DNA of 61,591 nt, counting the filler, from Squatina squatina (lineage: Eukaryota): assembly GCA_031763465.1 (NCBI GenBank). It is 4 parts of 4 records of this genome, joined end to end, with 100 filler letters (N's around TTAATTAATTAA, not from the genome) between each part and the next. Parts side by side here need not be neighbours in the genome. Positions count along the whole stretch, not along the records: positions 1 to 14,465 come from JARFOE010000013.1; 3 more parts are not named here. One strand, written 5' to 3'. Positions 1 through 12,641 of the stretch are shown one piece after another; position 1 is the first letter of the stretch; each line of letters opens with the position of its first letter. A model generated the notes under the pieces. It made no database searches, was not told the origin of the DNA, and saw nothing but the letters and a program-made list of their open reading frames with translations. The position numbers were made by a program, and so were the translations under genes.

Positions 1-70
1 AAAAATGCTGGAAAAACTCAGCAGGTCAGTCAGTATCTGTGGAGAGAACAGGTGAGTTAAGGATTCAGTG
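1..70. repeat. Fragment of a short interspersed repeat (AAATGCTGGAAA.ACTCAGCAGGTCAG.CAG.ATCTGTGGAGAG family)
   Basis: The same motif recurs, diverged, at ~1015-1130 and ~58930-59060. I recognise it as a common elasmobranch repeat but cannot name the family. Confidence 0.55.
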
Positions 71-2003
71 CAGACCTTAGGTGATCTCTACCCCCACCCC
101 ACACACACACACACACACATTTAACTTTGGTGCCTTGGTCTAATCCAAATGAAAACCAGTAACTTTGCAACAATGGTGAGGTCTTTATTTATATTTAAAA
201 ATATAAAAGCCACGTGATTACTTAGCGATATTAAGCCATTTCTTGGATAGCTCTTTCAAAGAGCTGGCAGAAGTATGATAAGCCAAATGGCCTCTTTCTG
301 TACTGTAAGATTCTATGACTCATTTTACAGACTGCAAAGTCCTGTTTTGCTGAGTGCGACTTGTACACCAATGATTTGAGCTATTCACTACCACAAGTGT
401 CTGCAGTACCTCTGGTGAATTAAATGCAGGTTAATTCAATTCAATCTACCAGAATTGCAACCAATATTAAAAGGGATTTCGAATACATTTGATTGTGTTT
501 TATATACATATTTTAGACCTCTCCACTCCAGAAAATGCATTGTCAGTTGAGCAGGACTGTACCATCAGTGTGCTATTTGTTTTTACACTGTTTGTTACGA
601 CGAATATGCAAATAAATGTTACTTTAAACTTACAGCATATACATTTGTTTTTAAAGATAAAATGCAATTGTTCCTAAAGTGCAAACCAATGACTAGGGCT
701 ATACATTCTTCATGGTCTTTACACAATCAAACAAGACAAATTTCACAAGTTATATGTGGTATTCATTAAAAGAATATAATGACAGAAACATTTACAACGT
801 TAATTAAAATAAGCTTGGGAGAGGGATGAAGAAATTAGCACAAAATTCAAGATCCAACAAATACAATTTTATTCACCAAGGTCATAGAGCTCAAAATGAA
901 GATGTCGGACCAGTACCAAACATGTCACTGCTCAGCAGTAATTTAAAAAGAGACCAAAATAGGCAACAAAAATTGAAACCACAACTGTCAGATATTTGAC
1001 ATAATCCCCCACCCAGAATTGCTGAAAATGCACAACAGATCAATTAGCAGCTGAAAGGGAAAGACAGTGTGTGATCTTAATGCCCAAATCTTTCTCTTTC
1101 AGATACTGATTTTCTGAGTGCATTTCTAATGTTGNNNNNNNNNNNNNNNNNNNNNNNNNNNNNNNNNNNNNNNNNNNNNNNNNNNNNNNNNNNNNNNNNN
1201 NNNNNNNNNNNNNNNNNNNNNNNNNNNNNNNNNNNNNNNNNNNNNNNNNNNNNNNNNNNNNNNNNNNNNNNNNNNNNNNNNNNNNNNNNNNNNNNNNNNN
1301 NNNNNNNNNNNNNNNNNNNNNNNNNNNNNNNNNNNNNNNNNNNNNNNNNNNNNNNNNNNNNNNNNNNNNNNNNNNNNNNNNNNNNNNNNNNNNNNNNNNN
1401 NNNNNNNNNNNNNNNNNNNNNNNNNNNNNNNNNNNNNNNNNNNNNNNNNNNNNNNNNNNNNNNNNNNNNNNNNNNNNNNNNNNNNNNNNNNNNNNNNNNN
1501 NNNNNNNNNNNNNNNNNNNNNNNNNNNNNNNNNNNNNNNNNNNNNNNNNNNNNNNNNNNNNNNNNNNNNNNNNNNNNNNNNNNNNNNNNNNNNNNNNNNN
1601 NNNNNNNNNNNNNNNNNNNNNNNNNNNNNNNNNNNNNNNNNNNNNNNNNNNNNNNNNNNNNNNNNNNNNNNNNNNNNNNNNNNNNNNNNNNNNNNNNNNN
1701 NNNNNNNNNNNNNNNNNNNNNNNNNNNNNNNNNNNNNNNNNNNNNNNNNNNNNNNNNNNNNNNNNNNNNNNNNNNNNNNNNNNNNNNNNNNNNNNNNNNN
1801 NNNNNNNNNNNNNNNNNNNNNNNNNNNNNNNNNNNNNNNNNNNNNNNNNNNNNNNNNNNNNNNNNNNNNNNNNNNNNNNNNNNNNNNNNNNNNNNNNNNN
1901 NNNNNNNNNNNNNNNNNNNNNNNNNNNNNNNNNNNNNNNNNNNNNNNNNNNNNNNNNNNNNNNNNNNNNNNNNNNNNNNNNNNNNNNNNNNNNNNNNNNN
2001 NNN

Positions 2004-2250
2004 TGTTGGTCCAGGACACTGGGGAGAACTTGCCTGCTCTTCGAATAGTGCTGTGGGATTTTTTACATCCACCTGAGAGGGCAGACAGTTTATCATCTCA
2101 TCGGAAAGACGGCACCTCCAACAGTGCAGCACTCCCTAAGTACTGCACTGGGAGTGCCAGCCTAGATTTTAGGCTCAAGTTGCTGGAGTAGGACTTGAAC
2201 CCGCAACCTTCTGACTCAGAGACAAGAGAGCTACCCACTGATCGATGGCT
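2004..2250 (-). mobile_element. tRNA-headed DeuSINE (SacSINE1-like)
   Basis: The minus strand reads TCAGTGGGTAGCTCTCTTGTCTCTGAGTCAGAAGGTTGCGGGTTCAAGTCC (tRNA-like A/B boxes, B box GTTCAAGTCC), then a Deu-like core (GTGCAGTACT.AGGGAGTGCTGCACTGTTGGAGGTGCCGTCTTTC). Homologous copies at 7473-7760 and 10205-10600. Confidence 0.8.
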
Positions 2251-2907
2251 AATATTTTAATTTGTTTGCCGATGACTAGAATATAAAAAAAAGTTTTTGA
2301 ACTGTTATACTGAAGTATAAATTCCCACACTGATAGAGAATTATGCTGCTGGATAAAGATATAAAATATAAATCGATTCACTCTGGTGTCCAGTTTTTTA
2401 ATCATAATGTATCAAAACTGAGTTAGGTACAGATTGATTTTACATCGTTCTTTAATATTTCAAGTTGAGATCACCGCTTGTTTTGAACATTACTCTACAA
2501 AATATTTTCTGATCAACATCTGTTCACATTCACGGGTAATGTTGGTTTTGTAATTTACAACTTCTTTTTTACAAAGTATGCATGAACAGATGAGATATTT
2601 TACTGTCTGATTTACAAGCACAAAGCTGTGTTTCTGTGATGGATTGTCTGAGCATCACATACGCGTAGGTTTATGGTACCGACAGATGTTCAAGCCAACC
2701 TTTCTGGGGATAATGCAATGGGATATTCTGCCAGTCAGCATATTTTCATCACTTTGATATCTAAATTGCATTGTATAAAATGGTCATCATAAATAATATA
2801 TCAAATAAAATAACAGTCCCAGCACATAGGATACTGCTTCTTTTACAGCGAGAGAGTCACGCTGCTCTGTTCTATTGAAATGCTGTTCTGTACTGGTTAA
2901 CTCATTG

Positions 2908-4195
2908 AGGGAAAATTTGCAGTCGGAGGCTTCGCGTGGGCTGATGCCTCCAACATGCAAAAAATCTACAAATTTACTTGGTTCATAGATTCACGCTCCT
3001 GGGCCTCTCCGGCAAGAGGCCCATGTATCCCAGGGACGCATGCAGTTCACAAGCGCCCCTGGGATCATGTGGGCTTGCTCAACCAATCAAAGAAGGGAAT
3101 CCCCATTCACACTTTTGAGGATTCTGTTAGTACGGAACTCCCATAAAATATGAATCAGGATCACTTAAAAAATGATATAAATTTTTAAAAAATTACTTAT
3201 TTAAGTTTAATTAAAATTCAATTTCTTTGACTATTTTAAACAAAATAAAATTTTTTGAAAAGAAAATTTATGGGGGCAAAATTCAGCTCAGGTTTTGCCC
3301 TGTTAGCACCTCTGAGAGGCGTTAATGGGACGAAACTGGATAAAATGGTGCCGGGAGGCGGCCATCTTGCCTCCCAGGAAATTCACCTGGGCCGTGTGCC
3401 TGGCCTGGTGAAGTTGGCTGCGGGTCAGTGCGCGATGTCATAAAAATGTGCTCCGACCCTCACTGCACAGCCGCGGCCCCCTTAGCAGCCTGTTTCCATA
3501 CTGCGGGCGGAATTCACCAGTGGGATGTGGCCACAGCGCCGGTCGGTTGTAGTGACAGGGAAACCTATCGCTGCATCGGCCCTCTTAAAGTTGGGGGTCT
3601 GAGCGCCTGCAGCCACCATTTTATTTGGCGGCCTACTCTGTGATCGGCCAACTGATGGTGNNNNNNNNNNNNNNNNNNNNNNNNNNNNNNNNNNNNNNNN
3701 NNNNNNNNNNNNNNNNNNNNNNNNNNNNNNNNNNNNNNNNNNNNNNNNNNNNNNNNNNNNCCCCGGTGCCGGGGATCGGACCACCCTGGCATCAGAGATT
3801 GGACATCCCCCCCGAGATCGGAACCCCCTGGTATCGGAGATCAGACCTCCAGGATCGGAACCCCTGGGGTCGGGGGTTGGACCCCTCCAGGGGTCGGAAC
3901 CCCCGGGATCAAGGATCGGACACCCTTGGGATCAGAACCCCACCCCCGGGTCAGGAATCGGACCCACCTGGACCTGCGGCCTCCTTTGGCGTGGCCGCCC
4001 CCCACCCCTGCCCAACTGGAAGCCAAGCCTGTCAAATCAGGCTGACTTCTGGGTGGGGAACCTGTCAGGGCCAAGGGTCGCATACAGTGGAGTTAAATCT
4101 CCACAACGTGCGGGGAAACCCAGACTGTCAGACCGGAACCCAAGCACCCACTCCACCCCCGGCTCCAAGCACGTCAGGAAGTAAAAACTTTCCCT
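2908..4195. mobile_element. Non-autonomous DNA transposon/MITE-like element(s), probably nested; spans a gap
   Basis: Ends AGGGAAAATTT ... AAAACTTTCCCT form imperfect TIRs. Subterminal hairpin GGAGGC...GCCTCC. The left end matches the reverse complement of 24120-24200. A second GGGGCAAAATT start sits at ~3273. Confidence 0.45.
3761..3975. repeat. GC-rich short degenerate tandem repeat (GGATCGGA(A/C)CCC.. units)
   Basis: Repeated GATCGGAACCCC / GATCGGACC motifs. Explains the spurious ORFs at 3625-4197. Confidence 0.7.
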
Positions 4196-4277
4196 AATGT
4201 GTAGGTTTGCCAAACGTTTTATTTTAAAGACAGCACTCCTTCACATCTATCACTGCTCAAATCTATTTTTGCTCCTG

Positions 4278-4293
4278 CCACTAGATGGAAGCA
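4278..4293 (+). promoter_or_regulatory. Candidate CTCF motif
   Basis: CCACTAGATGGAAGCA resembles the CTCF core CCACYAGRKGGCRSYR with one core mismatch. Motif match only. Confidence 0.3.
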
Positions 4294-6417
4294 AAAATGT
4301 CACATAGCTGCATCTGGTCCATGTTCCAATTGGCTTCCATCCACAAAACCAGAAAACAGCTGATACTTTGTCCAAAATCACGTGCACATTTAAAACTGGG
4401 AATTGTAGGTTGACACAATGTTTTAATTTAAAACATGTCAAGCAAATATTTACTCTGCAGTATGAAATTGTTCATGCTGCTGGTTTGAATAAAGAGAAGA
4501 GCACCTCGTAGAACTGTGATGCACAGCAGGTCAGCATCTACGCTGATGCAAAACCTGTTAAAAAGAATTCAACCCACAGTGTACTTATGCAGATTTTTTA
4601 CAACACAAGTTTCAGGGCAGAGATTTAATATTGAGGTTGCCAATAAAGCAAAACAGGCAGCTGAGCAACCTTCACAGATTTTAGATTTCATAGGCCAAAT
4701 TATTGTTTTGGTTACTGTGAATTTCAATTATGGGCATTATACATAAATTTGAGAACACTCAGTAAAAACATGAAGGCAACTCGACAAAGAACAGGCATCT
4801 CACTAATGTCCAGTCTCTGTTCTTGTGTTTTACATTTAAACTGTAGATTATGCAATAATCCTTTATCAGATTATAGCATTTAAAAGTTATTTGGGCGAAG
4901 TTAAATCAAATACTTCATTAGACAATGCCAATTGTAATATATGTTTGTCTACAAATTAAAATAACTGTCTCACACAATAATAATGCTCCTCTATAAAACA
5001 GAATTACAATGCAGAGTTTCTGTAGCATGCTACATAACTAATATAATTACTCTCATATGTCGGAAGTATCAGCCTTAAATCACACTAAATTACATTTCTT
5101 CGCATTTCAAAAGAAAAAAAAGTCAACATTTTTAAAAGTCTGACAAATCTTCATATCCTTAGCAGAGTCACCTTACTGAGCACTGAAGTTAGTTCTTGGC
5201 TGCGTCATTCAGTAAGGTATCCCACCACTGGGCTGCTGTCAAATGAAATGTACCCTATTGCCTCTCCAATTTCTGCCCCTTTCTCTCCTCTTTTGGAAAC
5301 TTTTACTCATTCTGGGCCACTTTGCCATGATGCCAGCAGCACTGTTTCCTTGCCCAAATGGCTACTTTTCATTCACAAGTCCAGGGTCTGAGGGTCACCA
5401 AACTGTTTGACTACAGGGCATCACAGTCGCACCCAACACTGTTCACCCAACATTCACACACACGAGTGACTGGGTGCCAATGAAAAACAGGATTTTTTTG
5501 AATCATAGTCTAGGGACACCAGGGTAACTATAGACTCCCCACCACCATTCAGTACGGATCAGGATCGAACCTGGAATATTCCTGGTTTGTGTTGAGCTCA
5601 GAGCCACACCACACAGTGCATTCAGTCACTTCGCCATCAGGAAAGCCTCAATGCATCTTCTTCACTCAGCAACATTTATGTTCAATCACGAGAAGTATGT
5701 TATGTGAAAGGATTGCACTCAGATGAGGAGTAATGAAAAAAATAAGAAAACACTGAATTAAAAATAAACTAGCTCAATTCCTTTGGACTTTTGCTCTAAA
5801 TTTAAAAGGTAAATGTGCTTCTGTAAAATATTTCAAATTGATTTAATGGTTCTCCCATTTTTTTTTAGATAAATGAACACAACTGCAAAAATTATAGATG
5901 GGTAAACTGTGTCTAAATGATACAATGTAACCTATACTTCGATAGATAAAATCAGACTGTCTTCCATTGATTACTTTATTATTACCCCTGTGATTTAAAC
6001 GCCTTGGCTCAGCTCAGCAACATAAAATATGCACTCTCAGCTGGTATATGTCATCACAGCAACTCCACACTAGTACTATTTTACCATGATTTTAAAAGTT
6101 ATAATTTGGCAATATTATAAATGGCTGGGAGTCATGAAAAGCACCATTAACACTGTGTTCTAATTGCCTGCACAATATAGAATTTCAGGTGAATTCCTTA
6201 CCAATACACAAAGTATGGGAAACTGTTAGAGACAAGCAGTTTAGTGATAGATTCTTTCAAACTTCTCTGAAATGTTGCAGATTTTGTTGCAAAGTAGATT
6301 AGATTATGGAGAGATCAATGTGTCTATTTTGATTGGCTGGGGTAGCACTGTGAAGCCATTAGTATGCTTACCTCAGAAGATGGTACTAGAATCACTGATG
6401 GTTTCGATAGTACTCAT

Positions 6418-7147
6418 GGCTCGGATTTTGCGTTAAGAATAATGGTGAGGCCATCAGCGCTCACCATTATTATGGAGTAAATCAGACAGCAACTTCCAGT
6501 GTTTGCACATGCACAGTTAAACACGGAAGTCTGGAAGTTGCTATCTGATTTGCTCTGCTCCTCCACAAGCTCCACTACTCCGGTACCTCACTGAGAGATT
6601 CGGTATTAAAATATGAAGGACACAAAGTTGCTGTACTTACCCAACAGTCACCTATTTAACATGTCAGAAAAAGCTAGGGCTTGTGCATTCAGGTGGAAGT
6701 GAAATTTTAACAGTGCAATAAATCTTAATAACTGCCAAACAAGCTCTCTGGTCCTGAAAATTTACTTTTCCATGTGGGGAGTCTCATTCCTTCAGATCTT
6801 AGTTATTATTAGAGATTTGAAAAAAATATATATATTTTTAAAACTTTTTCATTGTCTCACGATCCTATATTTCTTTCCCTCACTTTATTTTGAATTAAAT
6901 ATTCTAATTTATATTTCCTGGTTTAGACTCTTTGAATCTTGATTCTTCAATCTGACTTGTTGAAAAGACACGCTGTTACTTGCCCTGCTCACACATGTCA
7001 CAGATCCCCTGCAGAGTGTGCCACATTGAAAAGGATCTCCAGTAATGGTAAATTGCCACTTAAGAGCCCACAAAAAGTCTGTGGGCAACTGTATGCGTAA
7101 CCAACGGCGAGCACAGTTCCTTCACTGCTGACCGCAAAATACAGGCC
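6418..7147. mobile_element. MITE-like non-autonomous DNA transposon
   Basis: Left end GGCTCGGATTTTGCG versus reverse-complemented right end GGCCTGTATTTTGCG (12/15 match). Subterminal perfect 12-bp stem AATAATGGTGAG...CTCACCATTATT. AT-rich centre, no ORF. Confidence 0.6.
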
Positions 7148-7472
7148 AATGTGTTTTCATGCTGCTGATCTATATTTTCAAGCTCGGAGTCGCAATCGCA
7201 TTAGGAGCAAACGTTTTTTCCCCAATAGTATTTATTTATCAACAGATCATTAGTAAACAAGCATAATATTAAAGACCCCCTAACCTGATGGTAATAATGA
7301 GCTTGCAGCTATGTAGATGTCAGGGGGGTCGAATTGGTCTGTTTTAGTGCCATTGCAGCGCCGAAAAGTGGTNNNNNNNNNNNNNNNNNNNNNNNNNNNN
7401 NNNNNNNNNNNNNNNNNNNNNNNNNNNNNNNNNNNNNNNNNNNNNNNNNNNNNNNNNNNNNNNNNNNNNNNN

Positions 7473-7760
7473 CTGACACTCCAGTGCAGTGGTGAGGGAG
7501 TGCTGCACTGTCGGAGGTGCCATCTTTCAGGTGAGATGTTAAACCAAGGCCCCTTCCACCCTCTCAGGTGGCTGTAAAAGATCACGTGGCACTATTTTGA
7601 AGATCAGCAAGTTATCACCGGTGTCTTGGCCAATATTTATCCCTCAATTAACGTCATTAAAAAACAGACTCTTAGCTCATTTATCTCATTGCTCTTTGTG
7701 GAACCTTGCTGTGCACAATTTGGCTGCTGTATTTCCTACAATTAATATAATTACAGTATT
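7473..7760 (+). mobile_element. DeuSINE (SacSINE1-like), 5' end lost in gap
   Basis: CTGACACTCCAGTGCAGTGGTGAGGGAGTGCTGCACTGTCGGAGGTGCCATCTTTCAGGTGAGATGTTAAACC is homologous to the 2004-2250 copy. Confidence 0.75.
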
Positions 7761-8159
7761 ACAATGTGGTCTATGTTCCAGGCGTTTGGTGCTGGCTCGC
7801 TGTGTTACCAGTCGTGCCTGCCATTTTTCATTGGCAAGCTGTGAATAGGACATAGGAGTCTATGAGCTTGATTTTACAGTCTGCCCTTGCCCCCTGCAAG
7901 GCTCCATAACAACAATGATAAGAGCCTTGCAAAAGGGCTGTGAGCACTATATCGAGTTTTGGTCACTGATACACAAAGGTGACATTCAAGCCCTGAAAAT
8001 GAATGAGACATTATCTTACAGAGGTATATAAGGTATGGAAAAGGTAAATCTGGAATATCTTTCAAATTAAACCATATCTCTAGGGCAAAGGGGTTCAGAT
8101 TCAACTGAACAGCCGACAAATTTAATACAAATTCAGGAAGTTTACTTCACATAAAACAG

Positions 8160-8440
8160 CAACAATAACTTACATTCATATAGCGCTTTTAATGTAGTAA
8201 AACGTGTCAAAATGCTTCACAGGAGTGTTATCAAAAAAATTGACACCGAGCCACATAAGGAGATATTAGGACAGAAGTTTGGTCAAAGAGGCAATGTTTC
8301 CAGCAGCATCTGAAAGGAGAGAGAGGTAGAGAGGCAGAAAGGTTCAGGCAGGAATTCCAGAGGGCCTAAGCAACAGAAGGCCAATGATGGAGCATTTAAA
8401 ATTGGGGATGCGCAAGAGACCAGAACTGGACGAGTGATAA
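8160..8440 (-). mobile_element. L2-type LINE 3' fragment
   Basis: ACTTACATTCATATAGCGCTTT...GCTTCACAGGAG...GACACCGAGCCACATAAGGAGATATTAGGACAG. The same sequence occurs at 8698-9070 and, reverse-complemented, at 31880-32293 and 39074-39292. Confidence 0.65.
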
Positions 8441-8697
8441 GTGTAGCCAATACATGGAATGGACTTCTGGATATAGTGGTGGAGATGAAAACGCTTGAAT
8501 CATTTAATACACTGTTAGGTACAGCAATGGAAGGACCTTAGGGTCTTTCTTGATGGATGAGCACAAATGGATCAGCCTTCTTCATCTCTAATTTGANNNN
8601 NNNNNNNNNNNNNNNNNNNNNNNNNNNNNNNNNNNNNNNNNNNNNNNNNNNNNNNNNNNNNNNNNNNNNNNNNNNNNNNNNNNNNNNNNNNNNNNNC

Positions 8698-9075
8698 CCG
8701 AGACACTTCACAGGAGAGATTATCAGACAAAAATTGACCCCGAGCCACATAAGGAGATATTAGGACAGGTGACCAAGAACCTAGGCAATGAGGTAGGTTT
8801 GAAGGAGCGTAATCAAGGAGGAAAGAGGGGTAGAGAGGTTTCGGGTGGGAATTCCAGAGCTTAGGGCCTTGGAAGCTGAAGGCACGGCCACCAAATATGG
8901 AGCGATTAAAATTGGGGGATGCTCAAGAGGCCAGCATTGNNNNNNNNNNAGGAGCGCAGACGTCTCGGAGGGTTGCAGGGGCTGGAGGAGGTCACAGAGA
9001 AAGGGATTTTAAATCAGGGACGAGGATTTTAAGTTTGAGGTGCTGGGGACCGGGAGCTAATGTTGGTCTGCAAGC
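8698..9075 (-). mobile_element. L2-type LINE 3' fragment
   Basis: Homologous to 8160-8440 and 39074-39292. Confidence 0.65.
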
Positions 9076-9094
9076 GGAGGTTGTGATGGATAAG

Positions 9095-9269
9095 TGCAGC
9101 AGGAAATAGGGAAGGCTAATGGAATGATGGCCTTTATTTCAATGGGGTTGGAGTATAGAGCTCAAGAACTATACAAGGCACTGGGGAGACCACATCTGGA
9201 GTACAGTGAGCAATTTTGGCCCCCGTATTTAAGGAAGGATATAAATTCATTGGAGGCGGTTCAGAGAAG
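9095..9269 (+). mobile_element. CR1 LINE ORF2 C-terminal fragment
   Basis: Translates KANGMMAFISMGLEY..LYKALGRPHLEYSEQFWPPYLRKDINSLEAVQR, the canonical CR1 RPHLEY/QFW/VQRR motif. Confidence 0.85.
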
Positions 9270-10204
9270 NNNNNNNNNNNNNNNNNNNNNNNNNNNNNNN
9301 NNNNNNNNNNNNNNNNNNNNNNNNNNNNNNNNNNNNNNNNNNNNNNNNNNNNNNNNNNNNNNNNNNNNNAATTTCATCGGTTTGTCCCACTCACATATTT
9401 TGTTTGGCTCAGTCCGAAGTTTCCTCCTTCAATTTCTGTTGAGGGGCCCGTCAGGCTGAAGGCACTCACCATTGTATAATGTGGCGGAAAGCTCGGACAC
9501 TTGAGCTAACATTTGGAGGTCAGACAGCAGCTTTATAGAACATTCCTTCAAACAATAAACAAATGTCAGATTGAGCATATGATGGTGCAATTTATGCGTG
9601 GTCTGTATAGCTTTCTCTTATTCTCCCTTGCGTGTCATGTGTATGCCTTTCAATGAGAAACTCTCTCTCTCTCAAGCAGTCAACCTCTTTTCCAAATTCA
9701 CTACCAATAGGCTTCTAGACAAGGCAGACACTTGTCTTTGTCAATGTTGTTGCAGGGAACAAACTGCTTTTTAAGGAGGTTTTTAAGCTACAATTAACTG
9801 GGAAATGATTGATGGTTATGATCAATGATGGCATGTTTAATCTGTGAATTGAATTCTCCCTAGCTGTGCAGAGTACCAGGTGAGTTTGACTCTGGTACAA
9901 ATTACATGGTTGATATCAGCAATGAAGAGCTTATTTGCTGTGAAATGTCGTACATGAAAGGAATGAGCTATGGACTATTAACGCAAAGTTTACACTTGCT
10001 TTCTCCCACTTAATCATCTCATCTGTTCCTCAGCTCAAGCAGAGCATCAAGAGGAAGGAATTGGAACAGGGAAGGAGTAAAAACCCAACAGACAAGCCGT
10101 TAACACTCACCTCCTAGTGCCTGGTTGAAAAGTAGTATTGGATGAGGCCTGAGAGTAGGTCTGCCATGTACCTTCACACCCATGCAAGGGTACGTGGCAT
10201 GGTA

Positions 10205-10600
10205 AAAGAAAGATCTTACATTTATACAGTGCCTACCATCCCAAAGCACTTCACTTTTGAATTACTTTTGAAGTTAGTCACACAAACACAACAACCAATT
10301 TTGCACAAATGTCATTAAGATAAATTAGCAGATAATCTGTTTCAGTGATGTTGGTTGAGGGGAGAACTGCCCTTCTCTTCTTCGAAATAGTACCATGGGA
10401 TCTTTTACATCCACCTGAGCAAATAGTCTGGGCTTTGGTTTAACATTTCATCTTAAAAAAAGGCACCTCCAACAATGCAGCACTCCCTCAGTACTACACT
10501 GGAGTGTCAGCCTGGATTATGTGCTCAAGTCTTTGGAGTGGGGCTTGAACCCACAACCTTCTGACTCAGAGGCAAGTGTGTTACCCACTGAGCCATGGCT
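10205..10600 (-). mobile_element. DeuSINE (SacSINE1-like), near full length
   Basis: tRNA-like head (minus strand GGCTCAGTGGGTAACACACTTGCCTCTGAGTCAGAAGGTTGTGGGTTCAAGCCC), Deu-like core and L2-like tail (plus strand CTTACATTTATACAGTGCCT). Confidence 0.8.
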
Positions 10601-11845
10601 GATAGACAGAGCAGAGGGACTTTATAAAATATGCTTTTTTTTGTCGCTCATCTGGTGTCACACTTTGTCACCCATTTGAAATGATCTCTGGGAGGTTTTT
10701 AACAAATCTCCATTTTTTTCCCAGTCTGGATAGTCACTTTGTGTGATGGGGGTAGGGCACCTACAATCAAGGCACAGACCTGTTCCTCCAGACTCCATCA
10801 GTGAGCCCAATGACTAGTTGTGACAATGATATGATAAATGAACATAAATATAATAGTGTAAAGGTGCCCAATTCGGGTTTTTTGCGTTGGTGTCAAGAAC
10901 AGGAAAGCAGATTATTATCTGNNNNNNNNNNNNNNNNNNNNNNNNNNNNNNNNNNNNNNNNNNNNNNNNNNNNNNNNNNNNNNNNNNNNNNNNNNNNNNN
11001 NNNNNNNNNNNNNNNNNNNNNTGATTATCAAAGATCCAATTACAGCATTAGCATTTAAAGCAGGAATCAAACTATTAAGTGTGTCACAACTGTATTTCTT
11101 GACATCGGCCACTATAGCTCCCTAAAATGCAACTTTCATGGAGGGACAGGAGGGGGAAACTAGCATAAGCTATGATGAAGTAAACTGTCGACACATTAAG
11201 GTGCTTACATGTACAGTAAATAAGTTTATTATGGGTAGACTCAGCACTGTGTACATGCCGGTCAAGCAACGAGGAGATATTCATTGCCTGTAGTTATACA
11301 GTTACAGCCTTTAAAGCATTTTATTTCAGCGACTGTCAATAGAACCCGTGCTGAGGATTACATACATTGTAGCTCTGGATGTAGTCATACATCATGGGGA
11401 CGGTCTTTCTGGAGTGTACGGTAAAAGAAAACACACACAAAAAAAACACCTTAAATGAACAGTCCTTTTTCTGTATTAGAATGTCTTCTTTCATATAAAT
11501 AGACAGAACATGTCCCATTCTCCACACATTTCTGCAGCTATTCAAGCAGGGATTTATGTTATTTTTTTTCCATGGTGTTTTTTTATTATTATTACTTTAA
11601 TGCCAGCTTGTTGGGCCAAACTATCCTCAACGGCCTTTATAAAAGTCATCGACACACCGAACTCATTCCATTCAGGTCAAATGGGGGACAACAAAACAAA
11701 TGAAGTATAAATAAAACAAAGCTTGTGGACAGTCTCTCTCGTTACTTGCCACCAATATTGTCAAAAGCAGCACAACTGCCAAGTGTGTGGTGTGTAGGAG
11801 GGTGGAGCAGCTTGATGCACTTTGCGCAATAAATGGTTTGTTCTG

Positions 11846-11955
11846 TTACTGGTCAGTGCTCTCTGTAGCTTGGAGGATGTTGTGATCCTTTGGTCTGGTT
11901 CTCTTTCTCTTCCTTTTCTTGGCGCCCTTGCTTTTTGTTTTCTTCTGCTTTTTTT
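11846..11955 (-). CDS. RSPO2: R-spondin 2 terminal coding exon (basic C-terminal tail)
   Basis: Acceptor ttttttttccAG. The phase-1 join to the TSP1 exon gives EKKQKKTKSKGAKKRKRKRTRPKDHNILQATESTDQ* (TAA at 11848-11846), paralleling the human RSPO2 tail ...KKKKRKLIERAQEQHSVFLATDRANQ*. The ORF track shows the wrong frame here. Confidence 0.88.
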
Positions 11956-12452
11956 CTGGAAAAAAAAAGGGGAAAAAAGAAAAACAATTAGATGGGTTAC
12001 TGTTTCTTGCAGGCAACATTTGAGCTCCAGACCTTCATGCAAAAAGAAAGCTAGAGTNNNNNNNNNNNNNNNNNNNNNNNNNNNNNNNNNNNNNNNNNNN
12101 NNNNNNNNNNNNNNNNNNNNNNNNNNNNNNNNNNNNNNNNNNNNNNNNNNNNNNNNNCTACAAGCAATCACAAATTCTGAATACGGCAGTAAGGTTGTGC
12201 AGCTTTGCACTGAGCCACGGTGACGCTGTGACACAAGGACACATCTAGGATTAATTCATTCACGGGATGGGTATTGCCCATTCCCTAGCTGCCCCTTGCC
12301 AAGGCAGTGGTGGTGAGACTTCTTGAACCGCTGCAGTACTACTGTGCGATGCACAGTGCTCGTCACTCTTCACAATTATTTCCTGCCAAATTTTCAAATG
12401 TCACTGTGTACGGAAGATTTCACATTTTCTAGATTTTCAGATAATATCTTAC

Positions 12453-12641
12453 CTCCTGGACAGTGCCTTTTTGCCATTTTACATCTTCTGGATTCTGCAA
12501 TAGTTGGACAGGGTATCGTGTCCTTTGCTGGCTTCTTCACGATTTGTCGTGTCCTGGTTTCAAGTCCCCATTTGTAGCCACACGTTTTGTTGTTCTTTAT
12601 GCACGTTCCCCAGTTGCTCCATGGTCCGACCTCACAACCCT
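12453..12641 (-). CDS. RSPO2: R-spondin 2 thrombospondin type-1 repeat exon (189 nt, phase 1-1)
   Basis: Acceptor tgtgtgctcAG, donor G|GTAAGA. Encodes (E)GCEVGPWSNWGTCIKNNKTCGYKWGLETRTRQIVKKPAKDTIPCPTIAESRRCKMAKRHCPG. KWGLETRTRQIVKKP..DTI.CPTIAESRRCKM is diagnostic of RSPO2 among the RSPOs. Confidence 0.95.

Noticed and set aside
1077-2132. Long ORFs of 297-351 aa
   Set aside because: Almost entirely X residues from the 1135-2003 N gap; the flank is a SINE. The same applies to the other gap-spanning ORFs, e.g. 25982-26667.
2180-2250. tRNA gene (also 10540-10600)
   Set aside because: tRNA-derived SINE head joined to a Deu-like core; no full cloverleaf.
11761-12234. 157-aa minus-strand ORF as the RSPO2 C-terminus
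   Set aside because: Wrong frame. The phase-1 splice gives the EKKQ...TDQ* frame ending at 11846.
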